Shown here: piece by piece, positions 17,693-27,233 of the stretch
Numbering within the stretch: the stretch's first letter is position 1
Layout of the letters: every line of letters starts with the position of its first letter
Source: Bacteroides salyersiae
Lineage (GTDB): Archaea; Thermoplasmatota; Thermoplasmata; Methanomassiliicoccales; Methanomethylophilaceae
Direction of reading: 5' to 3'
Assembly (NCBI GenBank): GCA_963632775.1
Contig: CAVGUW010000006.1
Location: 1-63,990, forward strand
Length of the DNA stretch: 63,990 nt
Notes under the pieces: generated by a model
What the model was told of the DNA's origin: nothing
Databases searched by the model: none
What the model saw: only the letters and a program-made list of their open reading frames with translations
Translations under genes and position numbers: made by a program

Positions 17693-19018
17693 TCATTCCG
17701 CCTTACTCTTCTTCTTGAACACTATCCCCGTAAGGAGGATGTCCGACTTGTAGAGCCTCACGGTGATGTAGATCATCGTGACGGCGAATGCGAGCAGGTA
17801 TACGAGACCTCCGAGGACCAACATCGTATCACCGAACATCAGGTTCTGCATCACGATCATCGGATGTGTGAACGGGATGATGAACAGGAGTACCTGCAAC
17901 ACCGTCGGAAGCTCCCCGTAGGAACTGAACATGGTGATGAACATCGGGATCAATGCCAATACGCTTATGGGAAGCACATACGTCTGTGCCGCCTTGTAGT
18001 TCTTGGCGAATGCACCCAATATCATGCACATACCGAGCGCACATATGATGGCAAGGAACATCATCGCCACGACCGCGATCCAATCCAATGCATCCAGCGT
18101 AAGGCCCAACGAATCCAACGACACGCCTCCGCTGGTGGTTACAGTCACCCCGCTGATGTAGAAGTACATCCCCACCATGTACAGCGCACCCATCAACAAT
18201 CCTGCGATGGATGCACCTATGAGCTTCCCGCTGACTATGGTCGTCCTGTTGATAGGCATCGTCAGCAACGTCTCCATGGTCTTGTTCTCCTTCTCGTTAC
18301 CGATGGATGAGATCACGATGCTTCCGATCATGACTATGACCAACATGATGATGATCGGTATGAACATGGTCTGACTGCTCATGGCCGAATAGATCTGATC
18401 GGGAGTGATGCCTTTCTGAAGGGTACCGTTGAAGAATGTGGAACCTGTCATGAGACTCGGGGTCTTGATGATATCTATCTTATCCTTATCCAAGGATGGG
18501 TCCTCCGACACCAATCTGTCTCCGATGTATCCGTTCAACAACGTGACGGTCTGACTTGCGAAGAGCGTATTCAGCGAACTGAACACACTCGCATTCTTCT
18601 GCACCCAATACACATCGATGATACCTTGTTGCAATGATGCTATCTTATCATTGAAGTCCTTGGCGAAGACCAACGACGATTCCACGTCCGCCTTCTCCAT
18701 CGCATCCAATAACTGATCCTCGACGGCCGTTCCGCTGTCGATGTACTTCGATAGATCGACGATATACTCATCGGGATCCATGCCCGTGCTCTCGTAGTAC
18801 TTCTTGAGCTCTCCGATCGAGTATGCGGCATAACCATCCCCGTCACCGGTCGGATCGTAATAACCTATGGGCTGGACACTGGTCTGTCCCTTGATCTCGG
18901 AACCCATGAAGGTTCCCAATGCGCTCAACAGTACGACGACCACGATTATCGAGACCAATGACGACGGTGTCAGGAGCTCCCTCAACTCCTTCCTCACGAG
19001 ATTCCATAGATGGTTCAT
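17693..19018 (-). CDS. ABC-2 type transporter permease with a large extracytoplasmic loop
   Basis: One N-terminal transmembrane helix is followed by a roughly 190-aa soluble domain and a C-terminal bundle of five to six transmembrane helices. The gene overlaps the ATPase gene. Confidence 0.6.
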   Translation of the reverse strand: MNHLWNLVRKELRELLTPSSLVSIIVVVVLLSALGTFMGSEIKGQTSVQPIGYYDPTGDGDGYAAYSIGELKKYYESTGMDPDEYIVDLSKYIDSGTAVEDQLLDAMEKADVESSLVFAKDFNDKIASLQQGIIDVYWVQKNASVFSSLNTLFASQTVTLLNGYIGDRLVSEDPSLDKDKIDIIKTPSLMTGSTFFNGTLQKGITPDQIYSAMSSQTMFIPIIIMLVIVMIGSIVISSIGNEKENKTMETLLTMPINRTTIVSGKLIGASIAGLLMGALYMVGMYFYISGVTVTTSGGVSLDSLGLTLDALDWIAVVAMMFLAIICALGMCMILGAFAKNYKAAQTYVLPISVLALIPMFITMFSSYGELPTVLQVLLFIIPFTHPMIVMQNLMFGDTMLVLGGLVYLLAFAVTMIYITVRLYKSDILLTGIVFKKKSKAE

Positions 19019-19734
19019 TCCGCCACCGCCTTCACGAACACCTCTTCGAGGTTGTTCGCCCCATATCTCTTCTTCAATTCCTCGGGCGTACCCTCGAGGA
19101 CGACCCTTCCGTCGTTGATCATCGCCACCCTGCTACAGAGTATCTCGACCTCGAACATGTTGTGCGATGAAATTATTATGGACACACCATTCTTCGCGAT
19201 GTTCCTTATGATCTCCCTTATCTCATAGGCATTCACGACATCCAATCCGGATGTCACCTCGTCGAGGATCGCCAATTTGGGATTCGGCATTATGGCCCTT
19301 GCGATCAGGAGCCTTCTCATCATACCCTTACTGTAGGTATCGACCTTGGAATCTATCCTGTCACCGAGATCGGCGATCTCTATGCCCCTTGCGATCATCC
19401 TGTCCTTCTCCTCGCCCTTGGCGAAGAAGTTGGCCATGAAATCCAGGTACTGCCTTCCGGTGAGTCCCTTGTAGGCACCGGCATCCTCCGGTAGGTAACT
19501 GATCATCCTCCTGACATCGTTGGCCTCGGTCCTGACATCCTTGCCGTAGACCTTGATCTCGCCTGAAGATATCTTCAGAAGTGTGGAGATCATCCTCAGG
19601 GTCGTCGTCTTTCCGGCACCGTTTGGTCCGATGAGTCCGAAGATCTCTCCCTCCTTCACGGAGAACGTGACACCTTTGACGGCTTCCCTGTCCCCATACA
19701 TCTTGTGAACATCGTTCACACTCAATGCATCCAT
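19015..19734 (-). CDS. ABC transporter ATP-binding protein
   Basis: Walker A (GPNGAGKTTTLRMI), the ABC signature (YSKGMMRRLLIARAI) and Walker B (ILDEVTSGLD) are present. Confidence 0.85.
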   Translation of the reverse strand: MDALSVNDVHKMYGDREAVKGVTFSVKEGEIFGLIGPNGAGKTTTLRMISTLLKISSGEIKVYGKDVRTEANDVRRMISYLPEDAGAYKGLTGRQYLDFMANFFAKGEEKDRMIARGIEIADLGDRIDSKVDTYSKGMMRRLLIARAIMPNPKLAILDEVTSGLDVVNAYEIREIIRNIAKNGVSIIISSHNMFEVEILCSRVAMINDGRVVLEGTPEELKKRYGANNLEEVFVKAVAE

Positions 19735-19926
19735 GTTCCATCCATGCAGGTGATTCGCTTTAACGATTATGATTATGCCCGATCGGATATCGGAAAGGAA
19801 ATGACCATTGCCGAATGTATAGTCTATGATCGATATTTACCACAAAAGGACCGCTGTGGCGTACATATGATGGGGGATCACTGTGGAAAATAATGCAGTT
19901 CTTGCATGATGGATAAAAGAAGTGAG

Positions 19927-19942
19927 TGGGGCTCTCGCCCCA
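19927..19942 (-). terminator. hairpin plus U-tract 3' of the zinc-ribbon/SPFH gene pair
   Basis: TGGGGC-TCTC-GCCCCA lies 10 nt after the stop codon. The minus-strand downstream sequence is CTTCTTTTATCC. Confidence 0.4.
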
Positions 19943-19951
19943 TGAATCGGT

Positions 19952-21229
19952 TTATTTCTTCTTGATGACGTCGCGATCCCTGTACATGAAGATATCGGAC
20001 TTCGCCGTCAATTTGAAGGAATTGGGCTTACGATACACTTCGGCATAATCGTCGCTGACGACATCCCTTATCTGTCCGATGAGGTACTTCATGAGGATGA
20101 ATGTCAGGATCGCACCAATTATGGCACCGAATAATGCACCCGTGGCATAATCGCCGTCGAACCATGCACCGACCAATCCTGTGCATATACCGAAGATCGC
20201 AAGGAATGCCAAGACTCCGATACCAATGGCCTTCGGATATGATATGGGGAGGTTACCGACGATCTTACCCGTCTGTCCGTTCATCGCGAACGTGAACTTC
20301 TTGTCGTTCCAATGGGTGTTCATCAACCAGACAGGATACAGGGCGTAGCTTGCCTTCGTGTCATGGATCCTGACTCCTCTCTCCCTCGTGCTAACACTAT
20401 CATAATGGGCGGTCTCCTTGAAGGCGACCTCCGTCTCGTTGGCTATACGCTCTGATGCACGCGGTGATGCCTCCTCCTGTGTGACATCGTACTTGTCAGC
20501 GAGATATCCCGACAGGTATGCGGTCTTGAAATCCACCGCATCCTCGTAGTAGAACGGTTCGATGGATTCCATGAGCTTGTCATCGAGCTTCTTGGATCCG
20601 TCCACCGGGATGTGCTCGAAACTGATGTTACCGGCACGCCTGACCGAGTAGTAATCCCTTATGATGATCTCCTCATCGTTCGTGGATATCCTCCTCTCGT
20701 TCACACCGACGAACTTGAATTCCGCATCGACATCGGCATCGTAGATCCAGAACGGTGCGTACAATCCTTTGATCTCCTCGAGCTCGTTCTCGTTGACGAA
20801 CCTCTTCGGTACCAGGATGTTACCCTTACATTTCTCCTTCAATGCATCGATGGCATCCTTGTTGGACCTCTTGAACGGTATGACGATATCCGGTTTCAGG
20901 GTACCGCTCAACCTTCCTTTCAGTATGACCGCATTACCGCAGTAGGGACACATCGTGGCCGATGTGTTCTCATCGGAATACACCTCACCGCCGCATGATT
21001 CGCAACAGTAGACCCTGAGCGAGTCCTGCTCGTTCGCATCCCACTCGCTTCCCGCATTGTTGGCGATGTTGACATCATCCTTCAGTTCGATGTTGGATTC
21101 CTCTTCCGCGATCAGGTCAGATACCTCGTACTCCGTGTCACAGTATGGACACTTCACCTTCTGCGATGTCACATCGAATTGCAATGCGCCACCGCACTTG
21201 AAGCACTTGTGCTCGATCGTATCTCCCAC
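19952..21229 (-). CDS. double zinc-ribbon membrane protein (YdjG-like)
   Basis: The N-terminus has two tandem zinc ribbons (CFKCGG..CPYC and CCESCGG..CPYCGN). A roughly 250-aa soluble domain and two C-terminal transmembrane helices follow. The start codon lies 10 nt downstream of the SPFH gene stop. Confidence 0.5.
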   Translation of the reverse strand: MGDTIEHKCFKCGGALQFDVTSQKVKCPYCDTEYEVSDLIAEEESNIELKDDVNIANNAGSEWDANEQDSLRVYCCESCGGEVYSDENTSATMCPYCGNAVILKGRLSGTLKPDIVIPFKRSNKDAIDALKEKCKGNILVPKRFVNENELEEIKGLYAPFWIYDADVDAEFKFVGVNERRISTNDEEIIIRDYYSVRRAGNISFEHIPVDGSKKLDDKLMESIEPFYYEDAVDFKTAYLSGYLADKYDVTQEEASPRASERIANETEVAFKETAHYDSVSTRERGVRIHDTKASYALYPVWLMNTHWNDKKFTFAMNGQTGKIVGNLPISYPKAIGIGVLAFLAIFGICTGLVGAWFDGDYATGALFGAIIGAILTFILMKYLIGQIRDVVSDDYAEVYRKPNSFKLTAKSDIFMYRDRDVIKKK

Positions 21230-21238
21230 AATATCACC

Positions 21239-22537
21239 TTAGAACTGGTTCCCGCATTCCGGACAGAACTTCGGCACCTTCGAGGGGTCGGAGGGTTTCC
21301 ATCCGCATTTGCTGCATGCGACGGCCTCCGGTCTCTTGGAACCGCAGTTACTGCAGAACTTGCCTGTGTTGACGGCACCGCATGAGCATTTCCAACCATC
21401 TCCGCCCTCAGGCTTCTTCGTACCGCATTCCTGACAGAACTTGCCCGTGGCGACCTTTCCGCACTGGGGACATGTCCATCCGTCCGCGGGTTGTGCCGCC
21501 GCCTGCTGCTGTCTCTGCTGTTCGGCCATGTTGTAGTATTGGTTGGCGTTCATGCCCATCATACCGTTGCCCATACCTCCGACCATACCTACACCCATGA
21601 GGCCTGTGACGGCACCTGCCTCGTTGGATGCGGCTGCCTTGAGTGCATCCGCCTGTGCTCCGACGAGCGTCGCACCGGCCATACCGGGATCCCTGAGCAT
21701 TCCGGCGCGCTGTGCCTGTTTGATCATCTCGGCATCCTCCGGCGGGAGGGTGACGGATCCGATGGCTACGGTCACGATCTCGAGTCCACGGAGTTCCCTC
21801 CATTTGGCCGAGAGCTCCTCGTTCATGGCATCCTGGAGTTCCGTGGTGTGTGTGACGATCTCGTTCGGACGGAGTCCGAGAGCGGAGAGCTTACCGAAAC
21901 CGGGCTGGAGCGCACTTATGAACTCGGTCCTGAGCTGTGTGTCGAGCTCGTCCCTCTTGTATGTCTCGGTCACGTTACCACAGACGTTCGCATAGAACAG
22001 CATGGGGTTGGATATCTTGTATGAATAGACACCGAAGCATCTCACGGACACATCGATGTCGAGTCCGATGTTCTTATCAAGGACACGGAATGGGATTGGT
22101 TGGGATGTACCGAACTTGTTGTCGACCAGCTCCTTTATGTTGAAGTAGTAGACGCGCTGGTCCTTGCCTGTGGCACCGCCGTATGTGAAACGCTTGCCCA
22201 TGGTGCGGAACATGTCCCCTATTCCTTTGGCGAGACCTCCGGTGAAGAGACTCGGTTCCGTGGATGTATCGTACGTGTACTGTCCCGGTTCGGAACAGAT
22301 CTCCACGACCTTACCCTGTTCCACGATCATCATGCACTGACCGTCCGCCACAGCGATACCGGAGCCGTTGCTGATGATGTTGTCATTGCCGTGAGTGTTG
22401 GTCGAACGTTTCGTCACCTGTTTCTTACCCTTCGTGACGAGGACGTCCTTCGGCAGAGATTCGCAATAGAAGAACTCCTTCCATTGGTCGGCCAATGTGC
22501 CACCGACCGATCCCGTAATGGCCTTGATTAATCCCAT
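21239..22537 (-). CDS. SPFH/band-7 domain protein with three tandem C-terminal zinc-ribbon repeats (YdjI-like)
   Basis: The N-terminal roughly 300 aa have SPFH-like character. A Gly/Met/Ala-rich low-complexity linker follows. Three repeats of the form W.C..CG....GKFC..CG.K.P then occur. Confidence 0.55.
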   Translation of the reverse strand: MGLIKAITGSVGGTLADQWKEFFYCESLPKDVLVTKGKKQVTKRSTNTHGNDNIISNGSGIAVADGQCMMIVEQGKVVEICSEPGQYTYDTSTEPSLFTGGLAKGIGDMFRTMGKRFTYGGATGKDQRVYYFNIKELVDNKFGTSQPIPFRVLDKNIGLDIDVSVRCFGVYSYKISNPMLFYANVCGNVTETYKRDELDTQLRTEFISALQPGFGKLSALGLRPNEIVTHTTELQDAMNEELSAKWRELRGLEIVTVAIGSVTLPPEDAEMIKQAQRAGMLRDPGMAGATLVGAQADALKAAASNEAGAVTGLMGVGMVGGMGNGMMGMNANQYYNMAEQQRQQQAAAQPADGWTCPQCGKVATGKFCQECGTKKPEGGDGWKCSCGAVNTGKFCSNCGSKRPEAVACSKCGWKPSDPSKVPKFCPECGNQF

Positions 22538-22664
22538 GGTACGGCTATTGCCGTTACTATAATTTTAATCTAACCGTTAGATGTAATGTAACTGGCGTAC
22601 TATCCCGAACACTCCCTTGGGTCGCTGGGATATGCTTATAACTTGATCTCATGATTCTCGGGAC

Positions 22665-23255
22665 ATGAAGATCCATGTCGTCGGAGGATTCCTCGGAAGT
22701 GGGAAGACAACACTTCTGATCAGGATCGCACAGAGATATGTCGCGGACGGGAAGAAGGTCACCATCCTCGTCAATGAGGCCGGTGAGATCGGTGTCGATG
22801 GTGCCACCATCAACAACAACGGACTGAACTCGATACAGTTGCAGGAGGGTTGCATCTGCTGCACGCTCTCCGGTACGTTGCAATCGACGATGAGGGACAT
22901 CGAACGCGAGTTCGACCCCGACATACTGATCATCGAACCGACGGGATTGGCGTTACCGCATAAGGTCAGGGAACTGATCCGCGGAACGGTCACCGAAGAT
23001 GAGGTGAATACGATCGGCATCTGCGATGCGATGCGCTTCGATAAGTTGAGGGAGAAGAAGGAGGATTTCCTGAGGATGCAGCTTCAGAGATCCGATGTGC
23101 TGTGGATCAACAAGATCGATGCCGTGGAGTTCGATAAGGTGTTCGAGGTCTCCTCTTGGCTCAGGTCGATCTGTCCCGGAGTACCGATATTCATGGTCTC
23201 CGGGAAGACGGGAGAGGGACTCGAAGAGGCTTTCTCCAAGTCCCTGTTCCTCTGA
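22665..23255 (+). CDS. CobW/G3E-family P-loop GTPase, short form lacking the CobW C-terminal domain
   Basis: A Walker A motif (GFLGSGKTTLL) is followed by a GCICC metal-binding motif and a DxxG-like ExTG switch. Confidence 0.65.
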   Translation: MKIHVVGGFLGSGKTTLLIRIAQRYVADGKKVTILVNEAGEIGVDGATINNNGLNSIQLQEGCICCTLSGTLQSTMRDIEREFDPDILIIEPTGLALPHKVRELIRGTVTEDEVNTIGICDAMRFDKLREKKEDFLRMQLQRSDVLWINKIDAVEFDKVFEVSSWLRSICPGVPIFMVSGKTGEGLEEAFSKSLFL

Positions 23256-23261
23256 TCCCCG

Positions 23262-24872
23262 TCAGAGCCTCAGTTGGTCGTACTTATAGACCTTCTGAGG
23301 ACATTTCATCTGACATCTGTAGCATGCGGTACCGAGACAGTTCTTGGTCTTGACGTGGAACGTTCCGTCCTCGTCCATGCTCAACGCATGTTCGGGGCAT
23401 TCCCTGACGCACAGTCCGCATTTGGTACATCCGTCGAACTTACCGTTGAGCACCGTACCTATATCATCCATGATGGTGAGGCCGTACTCTCCGTAATCCG
23501 GGATGTCACGCTCCACGATCCTGAACACCTTAGGCCTTCCCTTGACGGGGGGCAGAGGCTGTATGCCTGCGTGAGCGAGGTTCTGGTTGTACATCTCCAT
23601 CGTCATGCCCTCCTCCCAGAGTGCGAGTTCCTGGATGTAGATCTCCTCGAAGATCTTGTCCGTGGCGAACATGATGTGGTTCGCCCTGATCTGGTTCGCT
23701 ATGTCCTGGAGTTCGTCGAGGAGCTCGGGTTTCATCAATATGTCCGTTGCCATCGACAGTGACGTGTTACCGATCTGGTAGATCCTCTTACAGGATGGCG
23801 GGAGCAATCCTACCTCCCTCGCCTTGACGGCATCGACGTATGTTCCGGAGGCACCTGCCATGTACATGATGTCGAGATCGCTGAACTTGATACCGGCGTG
23901 TTCGAGCAGAGCGAAGTGTCCCGCCCTCATCGCACCTATGGCCTTGCATGCCTCGAGGATATCGTTGGAGTCGATGTAGACCCCGTCCTGCATGTGCAGC
24001 TTCCCATCGGATGTGGTGAGCTTACCCTTGCCCCAGAGGTTCGAATCCATCGCAGCTGCGACAGCGGCTATGACACCGGTACCTGTGATACCTTTGGCCT
24101 TACCGTGCATCGGACCCTCCTCCGTGCACATCTCGAGACTGAAATCGAACTGGTCTCCGACAGCGACCTCCATGTTCTCATCGAGGACCTTGCATCTCCA
24201 CCTGAACTCGTACTCGAGATCGCTGATCGCACCGGGTGATGCCAACATACCGTATTTGATCGACTGACCTTCCATCGCAGGTCCTGCCGCGGCCGAACCC
24301 GTGTAGATGTCGTCACCCACCTTCAGGGCCATCTCTGCGTTCGTACCGTAATCGGTGACGAGACAGTTCTCCTTCTGGTCGAGGAATCCGCTCTTGTACA
24401 TCATGGCCAATGCATCCGCACCGATCTCGTGCCTGATCGCAGGCGGTACGAGGAGCTCGGTGCTGTCGGGAACGTCCATTCCGACGGCCGCGGCGTTGAA
24501 GACACCGGCATCCCTCTTCTGCTGCTTGATGTTGTTGACCCTGTGCGCGTTCTCTCCCGCGAATGCGAGATCGTCGACGGGTATGTTCTGGAAGAGTGAG
24601 AGCTGGATCGGATTACCGCAGATAGCCACCCTCTCCACCTGTTTCAGATCGACATGGAGGTTCCTTATGACCTTGTTGACGGTGTCCATGAGGATGTTGT
24701 GTGCGATGTCGCTGCCTACATTGATACAGAATGTGAGGTGGTCCATGATGTTGGCACCCGGCAACGGGTGACAGCTGGTCATTGCTGTTGAGATGATCTT
24801 ACCGCTGGAGAGGTCCACTGCGTGTGCCCTCGTTCCGCTGGTACCGATATCGAGTGATAATCCGTATGTCAT
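23262..24872 (-). CDS. ramA: corrinoid reductive activase RamA (ASKHA-fold ATPase with a C-terminal two-cluster 4Fe-4S ferredoxin domain)
   Basis: The protein is 536 aa. The N-terminus is ASKHA-like (SLDIGTSGTRAHAV). The C-terminus carries two Cys clusters: CTKCGLCVRECP and CLGTACYRCQMKCP. Confidence 0.75.
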   Translation of the reverse strand: MTYGLSLDIGTSGTRAHAVDLSSGKIISTAMTSCHPLPGANIMDHLTFCINVGSDIAHNILMDTVNKVIRNLHVDLKQVERVAICGNPIQLSLFQNIPVDDLAFAGENAHRVNNIKQQKRDAGVFNAAAVGMDVPDSTELLVPPAIRHEIGADALAMMYKSGFLDQKENCLVTDYGTNAEMALKVGDDIYTGSAAAGPAMEGQSIKYGMLASPGAISDLEYEFRWRCKVLDENMEVAVGDQFDFSLEMCTEEGPMHGKAKGITGTGVIAAVAAAMDSNLWGKGKLTTSDGKLHMQDGVYIDSNDILEACKAIGAMRAGHFALLEHAGIKFSDLDIMYMAGASGTYVDAVKAREVGLLPPSCKRIYQIGNTSLSMATDILMKPELLDELQDIANQIRANHIMFATDKIFEEIYIQELALWEEGMTMEMYNQNLAHAGIQPLPPVKGRPKVFRIVERDIPDYGEYGLTIMDDIGTVLNGKFDGCTKCGLCVRECPEHALSMDEDGTFHVKTKNCLGTACYRCQMKCPQKVYKYDQLRL

Positions 24873-25119
24873 TATATCCTCTTCTGGCTGATGTCACGTA
24901 TATGTAACATCGTTAATTTATACTGAATTCATCCTGAACATATTTATAATAATTTTTCAGACCATACGGGATATCCGATTCAATCATACAGTAATCGACC
25001 CACATCTGACGACATTGGTATGGAATCTCATCGGAATCGCCCAAAAAATGGGTGTTCTTCGATTTGACATATGTATAAAACACAATCACATTTTTATCGT
25101 ACGTCCATCATCCGATTGT

Positions 25120-26649
25120 ATGTCCTCGATAGTATACCTCAAGAACAGATCCACTGGGAAGGTATACGCATACCTGAACGAATCGGTGTGGAACTCCGAA
25201 CTCAAGAAATGCGAGTGTAAGAGGAAATGCCTTGGACATGTGGACCCCATCACTGGAGATATCATTCCTAACAGGGGCAACAAGAAGAAGGAATACGCCA
25301 CGGTGAGGTCCATCGGACACATGTTCTTCTTCAACAACGTGGCCGAGAAGATAGGTCTGACGCACGCTATGCAGAAGGCCTTCCCCGACAGTTGGGAACT
25401 TCTCCTGTCATGCATATTCTACAACATCTCCGAACGTTCGGAGATGTACAGGATAAAGAACTGGTCCATAGATTGTGATACCCCGTACAACAGACCGATA
25501 ACGGACGAGGCCATATCGGAAGCACTCGGCAACATAACCGAGAACAGTCTGTTCATATTCTTCAGGGAATGGAGGGACAGGTTCGACGATGACTTCTATG
25601 TCATCCACACATCATCCATATCATCTTATGATAACAGAAAGGAGACCATCCGTTTCAACGATCTCCCGATCGTCATCGTGAACCCGACGACATACCTCAC
25701 GCTCACATACAATGTGAAGTCCAACGTACCGATCACCTATGGTCTGTACAGCCGTATGCCCATCAACATAACCGATATACGCAGAAGGGAGCACGAGAAA
25801 TCATGGTTGGACATCAATAAGACCCTGGAGGTGTTGGATGCCGATTACTTCTCGGACGACAATCTCAACGATCTGCTCATGGCGAACCAGCGTTTCATAA
25901 TGAGGATATCTCCGGAGGCTGATTTCGCAAGGAATGCGATCGGTCGCGTGAAGGATAAGATAATGGATCTGAAGAACTACATGATGGTGGACAACGAACC
26001 GTTCTTCGTCATGTCGTTCATGCAGCATATCAACGGGAAGAGATGCTTCATACACATCATATTCAGCTCATCCGATGCGGAACGCGAGTTCTCGTTGTTC
26101 CTTGGATTGATCGAGGAATGTCACAAGGAACTCAAGACGGGAGTCTATGTGGCCGAGCACAAGGAGTTCTACGAGAAGTATTTCATAGTGAGGGATACAC
26201 CGCGCGGAAGATTCGTGGAGGAGAACGGTGAGGCCATCATGACGTACAACACGGTCGCAGGCTTCATCGTGATGATAAGCAACACCGTGAAGAATCCCGA
26301 GAATGCATTCAGATACTATCTCCAGAGGGATCGCGTACAGAGGAACTTCGAGAATCTCAGGAACGAGGGTGACCGTACGAGACTGAAGCTCTACACCGAG
26401 AGCATCTACGAAGGGAGGATATTCGTACAGTTCGCAACACTCGTCCTGTATACCGAGATAAGGGACAGGATGAGGAACAACTCCCTATTGGCGAACATAT
26501 CCTTTGATGAGATGATCCGTCAGATGGAAGCGATAAAGAAGATTACGATCCCGGGATTCGATACCCCCTTCTTCACCAACATCAACAATACGCAGATGAA
26601 GATCATGAAGGTCTTCGATATCGACCCGGATAAAATGAAGGATCTGTGA
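25120..26649 (+). CDS. hypothetical protein, possibly an IS1634/IS4-like transposase derivative; paralog of 29775..31208
   Basis: The N-terminus SIVYLKNRSTGKVYAYLNESVW...CLGHVDPITGDI resembles the DUF4277-like N-terminus of IS1634 transposases. A segment with Y-x2-R-x3-Q-x6-R spacing may be a degenerate YREK motif. It shares blocks with paralog B (GL..SFP.SW; RLKLY). Confidence 0.35.
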   Translation: MSSIVYLKNRSTGKVYAYLNESVWNSELKKCECKRKCLGHVDPITGDIIPNRGNKKKEYATVRSIGHMFFFNNVAEKIGLTHAMQKAFPDSWELLLSCIFYNISERSEMYRIKNWSIDCDTPYNRPITDEAISEALGNITENSLFIFFREWRDRFDDDFYVIHTSSISSYDNRKETIRFNDLPIVIVNPTTYLTLTYNVKSNVPITYGLYSRMPINITDIRRREHEKSWLDINKTLEVLDADYFSDDNLNDLLMANQRFIMRISPEADFARNAIGRVKDKIMDLKNYMMVDNEPFFVMSFMQHINGKRCFIHIIFSSSDAEREFSLFLGLIEECHKELKTGVYVAEHKEFYEKYFIVRDTPRGRFVEENGEAIMTYNTVAGFIVMISNTVKNPENAFRYYLQRDRVQRNFENLRNEGDRTRLKLYTESIYEGRIFVQFATLVLYTEIRDRMRNNSLLANISFDEMIRQMEAIKKITIPGFDTPFFTNINNTQMKIMKVFDIDPDKMKDL

Positions 26650-26686
26650 GCAACCATTATTATCTAAAATCCGTCTTATCACACTC

Positions 26687-27007
26687 ATGGTGAATGAATG
26701 TACGGTTACCTGCGACGCAGGCGTATGTAAGATGAAGACGAAGATCCACGCCGTCCAACAGGATGATGCCATGGTCAAGATCGATATCGAGAGCGACTGC
26801 CACAACATCCTGAAGATGTCATGGAGGATCAAGCCCATCAATCCGTATACCGAACTCGAGGCTCCGATGTTGGAGACCGACATCTACAAATGGGCAAGCG
26901 AGACGCTTCCGCATGCCGCTTGTCCCGTCCCGTGCGCATTGATCAAGGCCGTCGAGGTCGCGAGCGACATGGGTGTCAAGAGAGATGTCGAGATAAAGAT
27001 CGAATGA
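26687..27007 (+). CDS. small Cys-containing hypothetical protein
   Basis: The 106-aa ORF lies convergent with mtaB. Cysteines occur at CTVTCDAGVCK, C..H and AACPVPC. No family was recognised. Confidence 0.3.
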   Translation: MVNECTVTCDAGVCKMKTKIHAVQQDDAMVKIDIESDCHNILKMSWRIKPINPYTELEAPMLETDIYKWASETLPHAACPVPCALIKAVEVASDMGVKRDVEIKIE

Positions 27008-27189
27008 ACCCACAATGACAGCCTCGTGCTGTCACTTTTTCTAAAATTCATCACATCGATTATCCACATGATCGGATCATCGATCGTTCTAAGAGAATTC
27101 CACTTGCCCCAGAGGGGATTTCGGCATGCGCAGAAATGCGTTTTGAGGAATAGAGGATTACTATGGGCATGCCGATAAGGGGTTTCTAT

Positions 27190-27211
27190 GACCGGCCCCG
27201 AAGGGCCGGTC
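27190..27211 (-). terminator. GC-rich hairpin 3' of mtaB
   Basis: GACCGGCCC-CGAA-GGGCCGGTC has a perfect 9-bp stem and lies 23 nt after the mtaB stop codon. No clear U-tract follows. Confidence 0.4.
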
Positions 27212-27233
27212 TGGAGGTAGTTTCCAAACCTCT

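Noticed and set aside
17399-18310. 303-aa plus-strand ORF rich in Arg, His and Asp
   Set aside because: It is antisense to the well-supported ABC-2 permease (17693..19018) and to the peroxiredoxin 3' end. No motif is present. It is a shadow ORF.
21239-21480. Tandem DNA repeat, considered as a possible CRISPR-like or satellite feature
   Set aside because: The periodicity is fully explained by three in-frame zinc-ribbon peptide repeats at the SPFH protein C-terminus. No spacer-repeat architecture is present. No CRISPR array occurs anywhere in the window.
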